Source: Candidatus Pacearchaeota archaeon
GTDB lineage: Archaea > Nanobdellota > Nanobdellia > Pacearchaeales > GW2011-AR1
Assembly: GCA_016866975.1 (NCBI GenBank)
Contig: VGKP01000001.1
Span: 34,013-98,012, forward strand
Length of the DNA stretch: 64,000 nt
Direction of reading: 5' to 3'
Below are positions 20,201 through 31,291 of the stretch, in pieces. The notes beneath the pieces were generated by a model. It did no database searches. It was not told the DNA's origin and was given only the letters and a program-made list of their open reading frames with translations. Positions within the stretch are counted from its first letter, which is position 1. Every line of letters starts with the position of its first letter. Both the position numbers and the translations under genes were made by a program.

Positions 20201-21061
20201 ATGTTAATAGCTGGTTTTCCTGATACTAGAGAGATTGCTAAGAGAGTTGCACAGTCATTAGGGGCACATTATACTGAAGTCAAAGTAAAAGATTTCCCTG
20301 ATTCTGAGTTCCATATAAAATTAAAGAAGAATCCTGCCCATCAGACTGTTGTTTTCATCACATCAATCACCAAGGATCCAGATGATAAATTGATAGAGAC
20401 TATCCTTGCATCAGGGATAGCAAAAGATTATGGAGCAAAGAAAGTAGTAGTGGTCGCAACATATTTCCCCTATATGAGGCAAGACAAGCATTTCAAGAAA
20501 TATGATAGTTTCTCTTCAAAATATATTCTGGATATGTTCAAGCATGTTGATAAACTGCTTGTCATTGATCCCCACCTGCACAGAATACCTAAGATGGAAA
20601 AATTGCTGCCGCAAGCGCATGCTTTCACAGTGAATGACCTTCTTGTAGAGTACATAAAGAAAAGATTCAAGGATGACTTTTCCATAGTCGGTCCAGATGA
20701 AGAGAGTGCACAGTGGAGCCAGAAGATAGCAGACAAGCTTGGAAAGAAAGTGGTTATACTGAAAAAAACAAGATTCTCTTCGACACATGTCAAGATAAAA
20801 GAAAAACCTCTTGGAAAAAATATAATAATCATAGATGATATAATAAGCACTGGAAAGACAATAGTGGAGACGATAAAGATGGCCAAAAGGCAGGGAGCAA
20901 ATAGGATAATCTGCATGGGTATCCATGGAGTACTTGTAAATAAGGCGGATAAGCACATCTCAAAGCACGCTGAACTGATAACTACCAACACCATAGAAAA
21001 CAAATATGCAAAGATAGATGTTTCACCAGCAATTGTAAACATTCTGAAGAAATATCGCTAA
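20201..21061 (+). CDS. prs: Ribose-phosphate pyrophosphokinase
   Basis: The PRPP-binding motif IIIDDIISTGKT is present. Confidence 0.8.
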   Translation: MLIAGFPDTREIAKRVAQSLGAHYTEVKVKDFPDSEFHIKLKKNPAHQTVVFITSITKDPDDKLIETILASGIAKDYGAKKVVVVATYFPYMRQDKHFKKYDSFSSKYILDMFKHVDKLLVIDPHLHRIPKMEKLLPQAHAFTVNDLLVEYIKKRFKDDFSIVGPDEESAQWSQKIADKLGKKVVILKKTRFSSTHVKIKEKPLGKNIIIIDDIISTGKTIVETIKMAKRQGANRIICMGIHGVLVNKADKHISKHAELITTNTIENKYAKIDVSPAIVNILKKYR

Positions 21062-21091
21062 TTTTATAAGACATCTACCTCATACCATCTG

Positions 21092-22384
21092 ATGGTAAAA
21101 GACATAGTTTTTGTTGTATTTGGGGGGACGGGAGACTTGATGAGGAGAAAACTGGCTCCTGCCATATCAAAGCTTTCTGAGAAAAATCTTATAGGCAAAG
21201 ATTCCATATTGATTGGGGTATCAAGAAAGAAACTTAGTAATGAAGAATATAAAGAATATATAAATTCTGGGGCTAGCGGACTGAATTCTTTAAAAGTGAT
21301 TTATGAATCTGGAGATGCCTCGAAAGCTGATGGATTGGACAATCTCATGGAAAGGCTCAAAAATTTTAAAGATAAAGAGAAAATCTTTTATCTTGCGACC
21401 TCTTTCAAGCTTTTTCCTTCCATTCTTGGCAGACTTAAAAAAGAAGGATTTGATGATAATTCAAAGATAGTGTTTGAAAAGCCATTCGGAAATGACCTCA
21501 AATCTTCTGATTTGTTGAATGATGATATAAAGGCATATTTTCCAGAGGAGAAAACATTCAGAATAGACCATTATTTAGCGAAAGAGACTGTCCTTAATCT
21601 CACAACTCTAAAGTTCTCTAATCCAGTGATACACGACCTCATGAATAATAATTATGTGGATAAGATAGAGATAATCGCACATGAAGATCTTGGAGTAAAG
21701 GATAGGATAGAATACTATAATGATTCTGGAGCGATAAAGGACATGATACAAAGCCATCTTCTCCAGATACTAGCTTTGCTCCTTGCAGAAAAGCAAGGCA
21801 ATATCCATGAAGAAAAAAGAAATATATTGTCCGATATTAATATCATGGATTCCCCGTTAAATATTATAGGGCAATACAAGTCATATGCTGATGAATTGAG
21901 AGCAAAAGAGATCCCCCATTCAAAGACAGAGACATTTGCACAGATAGCATTGGAATGCAAGAATAGCACATGGGGAGGCGTGCCTTTGATAGTAAGCACT
22001 GGAAAGAAACTCAAGAGTAAATATGGCCAGATAAAAATATCCTTCAAAAGCGAGAAAGGCATTCCATCCAATATGCTTATCGTAGATATATATCCTAAAC
22101 AAGATATAGCTATGATATTGAATTCCAGGATGCCTGGCAGCGATATGTTTAAACCTGTAAGACTTGAATTTTGCAGGGAGTGTGAATTTGGCCCCAATAG
22201 CCCAGATGAATATTCTGTCCTCTTAAACGAGATAATAAAAGGTGAGAATCTGCTTTTCCCAAAATATGAAGAAGTAAGAGAATCCTGGAGAATTGTAGAG
22301 GATATTGAATCTCTGAGGAAGGGTATGAATTTAGTAATATATGATGATGGGAGCAATCTTGCCGACATTATTTCTAGGGATTAG
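21092..22384 (+). CDS. zwf: Glucose-6-phosphate 1-dehydrogenase
   Basis: The RIDHYLAKE and EKPFGND signature motifs are present. Confidence 0.8.
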   Translation: MVKDIVFVVFGGTGDLMRRKLAPAISKLSEKNLIGKDSILIGVSRKKLSNEEYKEYINSGASGLNSLKVIYESGDASKADGLDNLMERLKNFKDKEKIFYLATSFKLFPSILGRLKKEGFDDNSKIVFEKPFGNDLKSSDLLNDDIKAYFPEEKTFRIDHYLAKETVLNLTTLKFSNPVIHDLMNNNYVDKIEIIAHEDLGVKDRIEYYNDSGAIKDMIQSHLLQILALLLAEKQGNIHEEKRNILSDINIMDSPLNIIGQYKSYADELRAKEIPHSKTETFAQIALECKNSTWGGVPLIVSTGKKLKSKYGQIKISFKSEKGIPSNMLIVDIYPKQDIAMILNSRMPGSDMFKPVRLEFCRECEFGPNSPDEYSVLLNEIIKGENLLFPKYEEVRESWRIVEDIESLRKGMNLVIYDDGSNLADIISRD

Positions 22385-22659
22385 TTGACTTTTCTTCTTA
22401 TTAGTGCAATAAACCCTAAAATCAAGCATAGAATGCCTATGAATAGAAAAAATGTTTGCCAAAATAAGAAATCTTGTTGTGTACATGTATGCAGAGAAAT
22501 AAGACACGATCCAAAGAGACAGAGATATTCGCATTGTCCTATTTGGAGAGGGCCTAGATGAATGAGGACGCCCACTATTGTAAAGACAAAGCCTACTAAA
22601 AGAGATATTGCTATTCCTAATTTGCTATCTTTGGGAAGAATAATATGATTCTTTGCCAT
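22381..22659 (-). CDS. Small membrane protein
   Basis: Two hydrophobic helices are predicted from the sequence. Confidence 0.3.
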   Translation of the reverse strand: MAKNHIILPKDSKLGIAISLLVGFVFTIVGVLIHLGPLQIGQCEYLCLFGSCLISLHTCTQQDFLFWQTFFLFIGILCLILGFIALIRRKVN

Positions 22660-22851
22660 TGAAGGAAACAGTAATATGCATTATAAAAATATTCCTAAGA
22701 GAATTTTATAAAAGATGAAGTTTTATTAAAAGATGAAAAAGTTGGTTGTATTTGTTTTTAATCCTTCTAATGATTAAAAATTCCTATTCCATCCTAATAA
22801 GATTTAAATCCGTAAGGATATGTTTAAATACGTCTTTCTTTTAATATTTCT

Positions 22852-23403
22852 ATGAAGAGTGTTGATTTCTTTATGCAATTCATAAAAAACAAGAGAGAGA
22901 TAGGTGCTATTGCACCTAGCTCAAATTTTCTTGCAAGAAAGATTACTGGATGCGTTGATTTTGATCGCGCCAAGCTCATAGTCGAACTGGGAGCAGGCAC
23001 TGGAATCATAACAAGGCACTTGGCAGAAAGCCTTAGGCCTGAATCTAATCTCATCGTAGTTGAGCCAAATGATGAATTCCATAGGGATCTTATAAAACTT
23101 AAAAGAAGGAATATAAAAATAATAAAAGGATATGCCGAAGACCTTTCTAAACATATTGAGGATAAAGGTTTCTGCAAAGCAGACTATATAGTATCAGGGC
23201 TTCCTTTGGCTGCTTGGAGTGAGGTGCAAAGGAAAGATGTCATGGAATCAATAATGAGAGGGTTATCAGATAAGGGAGGATTTGTACAATTCCAGTATTC
23301 ACTGCAATCCTATAGAAAATTCAAAGAATTATTCTCAGATGTACAGATAAAATTCACCTTAATGAACCTGCCTCCTGCCTTTGTCTATTCGTGTTCTATC
23401 TGA
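22852..23403 (+). CDS. Class I SAM-dependent methyltransferase
   Basis: Motif I (VELGAGTGIIT) is present. Confidence 0.6.
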   Translation: MKSVDFFMQFIKNKREIGAIAPSSNFLARKITGCVDFDRAKLIVELGAGTGIITRHLAESLRPESNLIVVEPNDEFHRDLIKLKRRNIKIIKGYAEDLSKHIEDKGFCKADYIVSGLPLAAWSEVQRKDVMESIMRGLSDKGGFVQFQYSLQSYRKFKELFSDVQIKFTLMNLPPAFVYSCSI

Positions 23404-23405
23404 GA

Positions 23406-25414
<2,009 letters not shown>

Positions 25415-25418
25415 GTTC

Positions 25419-25853
25419 CTACAGCTCAGTCAGGGTTTTTAAAGATTTCTTTAGTAAAAAATACTTTTCCCCCTCACTACTTGATAAATCATTTACAGGC
25501 ACTTTTAAGATATTTCCAAGAGTTCTGACCTCTGGTGTAGCGCAGGCCCTGTCAACTGTAGAACCTTGGATGGCTATCACATGAGGACCATTTATAGGTA
25601 CTGCTATGTAAACGAGGCCCCGATTATCATGACGGAATGCGGCTGTTCTTTTTGAGTCTACCAATGGAGAAAAAGCATTTGGTTCAACCTCAATACGAGT
25701 CAGTAAAGGGGTAAATAAATTCGTATCAAGATTCTGGATGTATATTAGAAAGGCATCAAGGACATTACCTCCTGAACTACAGAGATAGTTTATATCTATG
25801 CTTGCAGTTTTTTGGTCAATCCGAGCAGGAGATTCGTATTGGCCTGTTATCAT
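25419..25853 (-). CDS. Hypothetical protein inside the groES-groEL operon
   Basis: The 144 aa ORF ends 2 bp after groES. No motif was recognised. Confidence 0.35.
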   Translation of the reverse strand: MITGQYESPARIDQKTASIDINYLCSSGGNVLDAFLIYIQNLDTNLFTPLLTRIEVEPNAFSPLVDSKRTAAFRHDNRGLVYIAVPINGPHVIAIQGSTVDRACATPEVRTLGNILKVPVNDLSSSEGEKYFLLKKSLKTLTEL

Positions 25854-25854
25854 C

Positions 25855-26127
25855 TTACTCTATTTTGGCCGCGATATCCTTTAATTCGATTATGAGATGT
25901 TTCTCGCTATTAATTTCAATTTCCTCAGAACTATATCCGCCATATATTACTCTATCGCCTTCTTTTACAGGAAATGTTGAACCATTATTCATTGTACCTA
26001 CTGCAACTACTATTCCTTCTTTTTTCTCATCCTTTGATTTGGGGAGAATAAGGCCAGACTTAGTCCTTTCTTCCGTTTGTTTAATATGTCTTAAAAGGAC
26101 TCTCTCTCCTAATGGCTTGATGTTCAT
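25855..26127 (-). CDS. groES: Co-chaperonin GroES (Cpn10)
   Basis: The 90 aa protein carries the GroES mobile-loop pattern. Confidence 0.85.
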   Translation of the reverse strand: MNIKPLGERVLLRHIKQTEERTKSGLILPKSKDEKKEGIVVAVGTMNNGSTFPVKEGDRVIYGGYSSEEIEINSEKHLIIELKDIAAKIE

Positions 26128-26230
26128 GGTTCTTACGATATTTTAGGGTTTTTAAGGTTTTTTGTGATTGACTGCCATCACTGTTATTGCACATGTGAAG
26201 GTTTATTAATGCCAATTTGTATTTTTTATT

Positions 26231-26443
26231 ATGGGAAAGGTTGACTCATGGGCAGTTGTTACGGGAGTAGTGTTTGTGGTAATTGGAGCGTTGCTCTTAT
26301 TATTATCATTTCTTTTTATACCTGCCCTTATTTATGCAATAATTGCTCTGGCTATAGGAATAGCCATACTTGTGACGCTTAAAGAACAAGATGCGATTGA
26401 ACCTATAAAAGAGAAAAGAATAAAAAGGAGAAATAACAGGTAG
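26231..26443 (+). CDS. Small membrane protein
   Basis: The 70 aa ORF has two TM helices and a basic tail. Confidence 0.3.
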   Translation: MGKVDSWAVVTGVVFVVIGALLLLLSFLFIPALIYAIIALAIGIAILVTLKEQDAIEPIKEKRIKRRNNR

Positions 26444-26447
26444 TAAC

Positions 26448-26768
26448 ATGAGCATTATAGTTTCTTCTACTTCTGAAGTGCCTGGGAAGAAAGTAAAGAA
26501 AATACTCGGAGTTGTCAAAGGGAATACTGTGCGCTCAAGGCATATCGGGAGAGATATCATGGCAGGATTCAAGAATATTGTCGGAGGAGAAATAAAGAGT
26601 TATACTGAACTGCTTACGCAGGCAAGAGAAGAGGCATATAACAGGATGGTAAACCAAGCAATAGATCTTGGAGCAGATGCTGTGCTCAATGTAAGATTTA
26701 CAACATCAAATGTTATGAATGCTGCCTCTGAAATACTTGCTTATGGCACTGCGGTGAAGTTGGATTAA
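26448..26768 (+). CDS. YbjQ/UPF0145 family protein
   Basis: The 106 aa protein carries the characteristic GEIKSYTELL..AYNRM..GADAV pattern. Confidence 0.65.
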   Translation: MSIIVSSTSEVPGKKVKKILGVVKGNTVRSRHIGRDIMAGFKNIVGGEIKSYTELLTQAREEAYNRMVNQAIDLGADAVLNVRFTTSNVMNAASEILAYGTAVKLD

Positions 26769-26865
26769 TACTCCAGAATCATACTATTTTTCTATGTCCA
26801 ATCTTAAGGATGGTATTACTTGAGAAGCCTTGTCGATATCAATTATTATCCTATAATCTCCTCTT

Positions 26866-27102
26866 TTAAAAGCCAAGAATTTTCTTAGCTTCTTCTTCTG
26901 TATAGAATTCTCCTTTCTTAATTCTTTCCCTTGCCTCTTGAATTTCTATCATTACTTGCTTGCTTAATCTGGGATTTTTTTGAGCTGATTTAGCAATGTA
27001 GATCAATTTTCTAATGAGTTCATCATAGCTCTCGCTTTTATATTGCTTAAACATATCGAGTTCTGTTTTTGTTTCTGCAGCTAGCCTAATCGTAGTATCC
27101 AT
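26866..27102 (-). CDS. Hypothetical small protein, possibly antitoxin-like
   Basis: The 78 aa product is charged and helical. Confidence 0.25.
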   Translation of the reverse strand: MDTTIRLAAETKTELDMFKQYKSESYDELIRKLIYIAKSAQKNPRLSKQVMIEIQEARERIKKGEFYTEEEAKKILGF

Positions 27103-27184
27103 ACATATGTATACATTTGTAGATTATATAAATGTTTGTATGCCTATTCAAAGTAATGAGGTACGAATCTGCTTGTATTGTTTG

Positions 27185-28372
27185 TTATTTCTTCAGCACT
27201 TCAAGACCTGGAAGCCTGTCACCTGCAAGATAAGCCATTAAAGCCCCGCCTGAAAGACTTATTGAAGAGAACCTATTTGGGATATGATATGTTGTCAAAG
27301 TTGTCGTAAGATGACCTCCACCCAGAAGAGAGTGACATCTCTTCTTAATTGTCTGGGAGCTTATTTCTTTAAGTATATCAACGGTGCCATAGCTAAACTT
27401 TGGATCCTCTGAATAACCTACTGGCCCTTTCATGAAAACTGCCTTTGCGTAAGAGATATGCTCCTTGAAGAGAGCAGAAGTCATATGGCCTATATCCCAT
27501 ATCTTTTCCTCTGATGGTGTATCTGATAAAAGAATTTCCTTTCTTTTCTTATTGCCTATCGCAAAATCTATTGGGAGTATAATCTGTCCAGGGTGCTTGC
27601 TGAACAAGTATCTCAGATTAGGATATAAAATATGAAAACCTTTCTTCTTCATCCATATATTTTCATATCCTAAATCTATGCCTTGTGCTGCTATAAATGC
27701 ATTGCCTAAAACACCTGAAGTCAGAATTTTGTTATCCTTGTTTTTCAAGACTTTGAAGAATGATATATAGTCATCAAGCTTTGTACCTCCAAGGAGATAT
27801 ACTTTCTTCCCGCTCTTGTCCTTGACAAAATAATCAGCAGACTTCAGCTCATTCTCAAAACTCCTGCCTATTGCGCTTGGAAGATACATTGGAGGGATGA
27901 TTATGCTTCCTTGCTCCCTATGAGAGACTGAGAAAGCATCATTTATGAAAAAATCAAAAAGAGAACAAAATCCCTTGAACCTGTTTTTTTTCCCAAGGCT
28001 CGTCTCATCATCTTGAAATCTTGTATTCTCTAGAAGAAGGACTTCTCCAGGAGGCAAATGTGTTATATATTCGGATGCTCTCTCGCCAAACAAGTCATTG
28101 ACAAAATGCACTTTTTTTCCAATATGTTTTGACAGAATTGATGAATGATGTTTCAAAGATATGCAATCAGCTTCGCCCTGCCTGCCTTGATGGGCAATTA
28201 TCACAACTTTCGCTTTTTTATCACATAACTCTGTTATTGTCTTTGAGTGTTCTATAAAGCGGGGAGAATCTAGAGGCTTGCCATTCCTTAGGGCTGAATT
28301 TATATCTATCCTAAGAAGGACTCTTGCATTTGAGAGATGAAAAGAGTCTAATGTTTTTAAGGCCATAGTCAC
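27185..28372 (-). CDS. pgk: Phosphoglycerate kinase
   Basis: Call is based on the 395 aa length, its position next to gap and overall pattern; no PGK-specific motif was identified. Confidence 0.8.
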   Translation of the reverse strand: MTMALKTLDSFHLSNARVLLRIDINSALRNGKPLDSPRFIEHSKTITELCDKKAKVVIIAHQGRQGEADCISLKHHSSILSKHIGKKVHFVNDLFGERASEYITHLPPGEVLLLENTRFQDDETSLGKKNRFKGFCSLFDFFINDAFSVSHREQGSIIIPPMYLPSAIGRSFENELKSADYFVKDKSGKKVYLLGGTKLDDYISFFKVLKNKDNKILTSGVLGNAFIAAQGIDLGYENIWMKKKGFHILYPNLRYLFSKHPGQIILPIDFAIGNKKRKEILLSDTPSEEKIWDIGHMTSALFKEHISYAKAVFMKGPVGYSEDPKFSYGTVDILKEISSQTIKKRCHSLLGGGHLTTTLTTYHIPNRFSSISLSGGALMAYLAGDRLPGLEVLKK

Positions 28373-29388
28373 TTCCTTGACTTTTTAGGGACCTTCTCGC
28401 TTTCCAAGATCATCTGGGCTACATCAATAAGACGATTGGAATATCCCCATTCATTGTCGTACCAACCAGCTATGCTTATAGTATCGTCTATCACTTGAGT
28501 GAAATGTGAGTTGAAGATACATGAGTGAGGATTGCCTATGATATCTGAAGATACAAGGAAATCATCTGAGTACTCAACAATGCCTTTGTAGTCTGTAGAT
28601 GTCTTCCTCTTGAAAACGGCGTTGACATCCTTCGCAGAGACTTTCTTCTCGACTTTTGCAACAATACTTGTGATCGAGCCGTCTATGACTGGCACCCTAA
28701 GTGCGTAGCCTTCTATCTTACCTTTCAATTGAGGCAGGCTCTCAACCACAGATATTGCTGCCCCGGATGTAGTGGGAACAATATTATACGCTGCCGCCCT
28801 GCCTCTTGCAAGGTCGCGCTTGTCATGCCCGTCAACTAGGCGTTGAGTCGAAGTATAAGCGTGGGTTGTGACAAAGAATGCGCTCTTCAGATTGTATGCC
28901 TCGTGGAGTATCTTTATCATTGGAGCAGTACAATTTGTAGTGCAGCTTCCCGCAGATATTATTTTATGCTCTTTCCTGAAATCAGAATTATTGACGCCAG
29001 GTATAAGTGTGAGGTCATGGCCCTTTGCTGGGGCGGAAATAAGGACCTTCCTAGCGCCCGCCTTGAGATGTTTCTCTGCTCCTTCCTTTTCAGTAAAGAA
29101 ACCTGTGCATTCAACCACGAGATCTATGTTCTCTTTCTTCCAAGGCAATTTAAGGGGATCTGTCTCATGGACTGTGAGGAATTTTCTTTTTCCTATGAAA
29201 AGATGTTTTCCATCATGATGAATAGGTTCCTGGATTCCATGATGCACTGAATCATGTTTTAGTGTGTATACCACATAATCTGGGTCACCCATCTCATTTA
29301 TGACAATATTCCAAGGCACATTCTTCTGTACGCAGGTCTGAAGAAAAAGCTTGCCTATTCTTCCTAAGCCGTTAATGGCAACATTCAT
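28369..29388 (-). CDS. gap: Glyceraldehyde-3-phosphate dehydrogenase, type I
   Basis: It carries the INGLGRIGK NAD-binding motif and the SCTTNCTAP catalytic Cys. Confidence 0.85.
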   Translation of the reverse strand: MNVAINGLGRIGKLFLQTCVQKNVPWNIVINEMGDPDYVVYTLKHDSVHHGIQEPIHHDGKHLFIGKRKFLTVHETDPLKLPWKKENIDLVVECTGFFTEKEGAEKHLKAGARKVLISAPAKGHDLTLIPGVNNSDFRKEHKIISAGSCTTNCTAPMIKILHEAYNLKSAFFVTTHAYTSTQRLVDGHDKRDLARGRAAAYNIVPTTSGAAISVVESLPQLKGKIEGYALRVPVIDGSITSIVAKVEKKVSAKDVNAVFKRKTSTDYKGIVEYSDDFLVSSDIIGNPHSCIFNSHFTQVIDDTISIAGWYDNEWGYSNRLIDVAQMILESEKVPKKSRK

Positions 29389-29427
29389 GCTCCACCCACT
29401 CTTTCATAGACTCTTGAGGAGAAAGGC

Positions 29428-29438
29428 ATATTTAAAAG
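29428..29438 (-). promoter_or_regulatory. Candidate TATA box for the gap-pgk operon
   Basis: Reads cttttaaatat on the coding strand about 40 nt upstream of the gap start codon. Confidence 0.3.
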
Positions 29439-29567
29439 TTGGGTTTTTAGGAGCAAAAGTAGTGTCACTTAAGAGGATTAACTTTTTGGAAAATTAATAA
29501 CGATAATACCTCCTCTTAGAGGTCTTTTCTCAAGGATTTTTTATTAGCTTCAGGAGCTTCTTGATGA

Positions 29568-30251
29568 TCATTCTCTCTCGTTTGAGGCTAGGATATAAGA
29601 AGCTACACAACCTTTTCCTTTTTTATCACCTGCGTACACTCTGAGGTCAGATGTAACGTTTGGATCATCTGAATCCCTCATCATGACTTTTAGGGGAGAC
29701 CTGATTGCTATTATGCTCCTTCCATCGAATCCTTCAGGGGAAAACTTTTCTGTAAATTCTCCCATGCCCAAGGCTTTTTCACTGTTTGTCGCTCCCCAGA
29801 TGGCGACATATCCTTTTTCTCCTGGAAGATGAGCAGATATACATGAAACGCCATATCCTCCTCTCTGGGAGCTTCTCCAAACCCCCCAAGTGCCAGCTTC
29901 TTTCTGTTCGAGAGAAAAGCCATCGCCTTGATAGCCTGCTGCTGAAGTGATTAGTGCAGCCTCTACATTCCCAGGTGAAGATATGCGGACAATTGTAGAA
30001 CCAACAAGAGCGCGAGTAACATCTTTCACATCGTTGGCGAAAGGATTGCCTTGCACGTTAATTAGATAGTCTCGTGCCTGCCTTTTAAGGCCAGAGGTCA
30101 GTTCATCATGAACAGTAAAATCTCCATCGGCAAGCTTTAATAGAAGAGGATTTTCTTGTATATCCTTTTGCAAGTCTGGGAATATCCCGGTCAGCACCCT
30201 TGTTATAAGGCCTGATGTGATGCCACCCAATTCCTTCTTTAAGCCACTCAT
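29568..30251 (-). CDS. Island gene 5: hypothetical protein
   Basis: The 227 aa ORF overlaps gene 4 by 4 bp. No motif was recognised. Confidence 0.45.
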   Translation of the reverse strand: MSGLKKELGGITSGLITRVLTGIFPDLQKDIQENPLLLKLADGDFTVHDELTSGLKRQARDYLINVQGNPFANDVKDVTRALVGSTIVRISSPGNVEAALITSAAGYQGDGFSLEQKEAGTWGVWRSSQRGGYGVSCISAHLPGEKGYVAIWGATNSEKALGMGEFTEKFSPEGFDGRSIIAIRSPLKVMMRDSDDPNVTSDLRVYAGDKKGKGCVASYILASNERE

Positions 30252-31291
30252 TCTTTTCTCCCCACATTAATGGTGTGGTGAATCCTGCTGTCATTTTGAA
30301 AAGACTCCATACTCTGGAACAATTGACAAGCTATATTTAAAGCTTTCCTTTCTTCCTCTCCTGCGCTGTTATATTTTAAACTTATGAGCTCATAAGCTTG
30401 TCCTGGAGAAATCGCATAGACTGGCAACATTTCATTCAACACAAGGTTTACCAGTTGCTGTCTTAGAACTGCATTTGGATTAAATAAAACTCTGCCTGCA
30501 GAGCGCATATTTGCGAAAGACTCCCAGTCTATGAATCCTGATCCTATAGTAGATGTTTTGACCCTTATTTTTCCAAAAACAGACTTTAGAGAGAGAGCAT
30601 CATTTTGAGACTTTGGAAGCTCTGGCTGGGCTTGAATTCGTTCGGCATAACAGTCTCTTACAGCCTTAAGATCGGGGTCGATAATGACTTCTTTGGATTT
30701 TAATGACCTTCTATGTGACTCTTCAAGATTTTTATACAATTCTGAATCTAGGAGCGGTTCTAGTTCACTTAGAAGGTCTGTGCTTTGCTCAAAACGGAAA
30801 AGCAGACGTTCAAGAAGAGGAGAAAATCTTCCTTGACGATTATCAGTACCTTTCATCATATACTCGAAAAAGTCTAATCCTGGACCGCGTTGCAATTCTA
30901 CAAGATATTCATTAGCTGCCTCCCTTAAGAGAGTACGGTCTAAGATTATTTCGCGTAAACTAGAAGTGTCTGGACATTGAACCAGATTTGAAAGAAAAAG
31001 CCTCCCGACCAAAGGAGAGTTTCTCATAGAGAGCATGCTATAATAATTTATCGGATTGCTGGATTTTGGAATTAGGAAGTTTGGCTTTAACACACTCTCT
31101 TCATTTGCACGTGCCTGATCAAACAATGATGGTATTATATCTTCCCACCTGTCTCCTTTATTTGACCAGTTATAACAAACTCCCCAGAGAGTGAATTCTG
31201 GTCTGTATTTGCAGGATTCGTAATTTGCCAGAATAGTGGAAGCTACTTCCTCACAAGCTCCTCTGATGTCATTTCCCATCGTATCCTCCAA
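30248..31291 (-). CDS. Island gene 4: hypothetical protein
   Basis: The 347 aa ORF overlaps gene 3 by 23 bp. No motif was recognised. Confidence 0.45.
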   Translation of the reverse strand: MEDTMGNDIRGACEEVASTILANYESCKYRPEFTLWGVCYNWSNKGDRWEDIIPSLFDQARANEESVLKPNFLIPKSSNPINYYSMLSMRNSPLVGRLFLSNLVQCPDTSSLREIILDRTLLREAANEYLVELQRGPGLDFFEYMMKGTDNRQGRFSPLLERLLFRFEQSTDLLSELEPLLDSELYKNLEESHRRSLKSKEVIIDPDLKAVRDCYAERIQAQPELPKSQNDALSLKSVFGKIRVKTSTIGSGFIDWESFANMRSAGRVLFNPNAVLRQQLVNLVLNEMLPVYAISPGQAYELISLKYNSAGEEERKALNIACQLFQSMESFQNDSRIHHTINVGRKE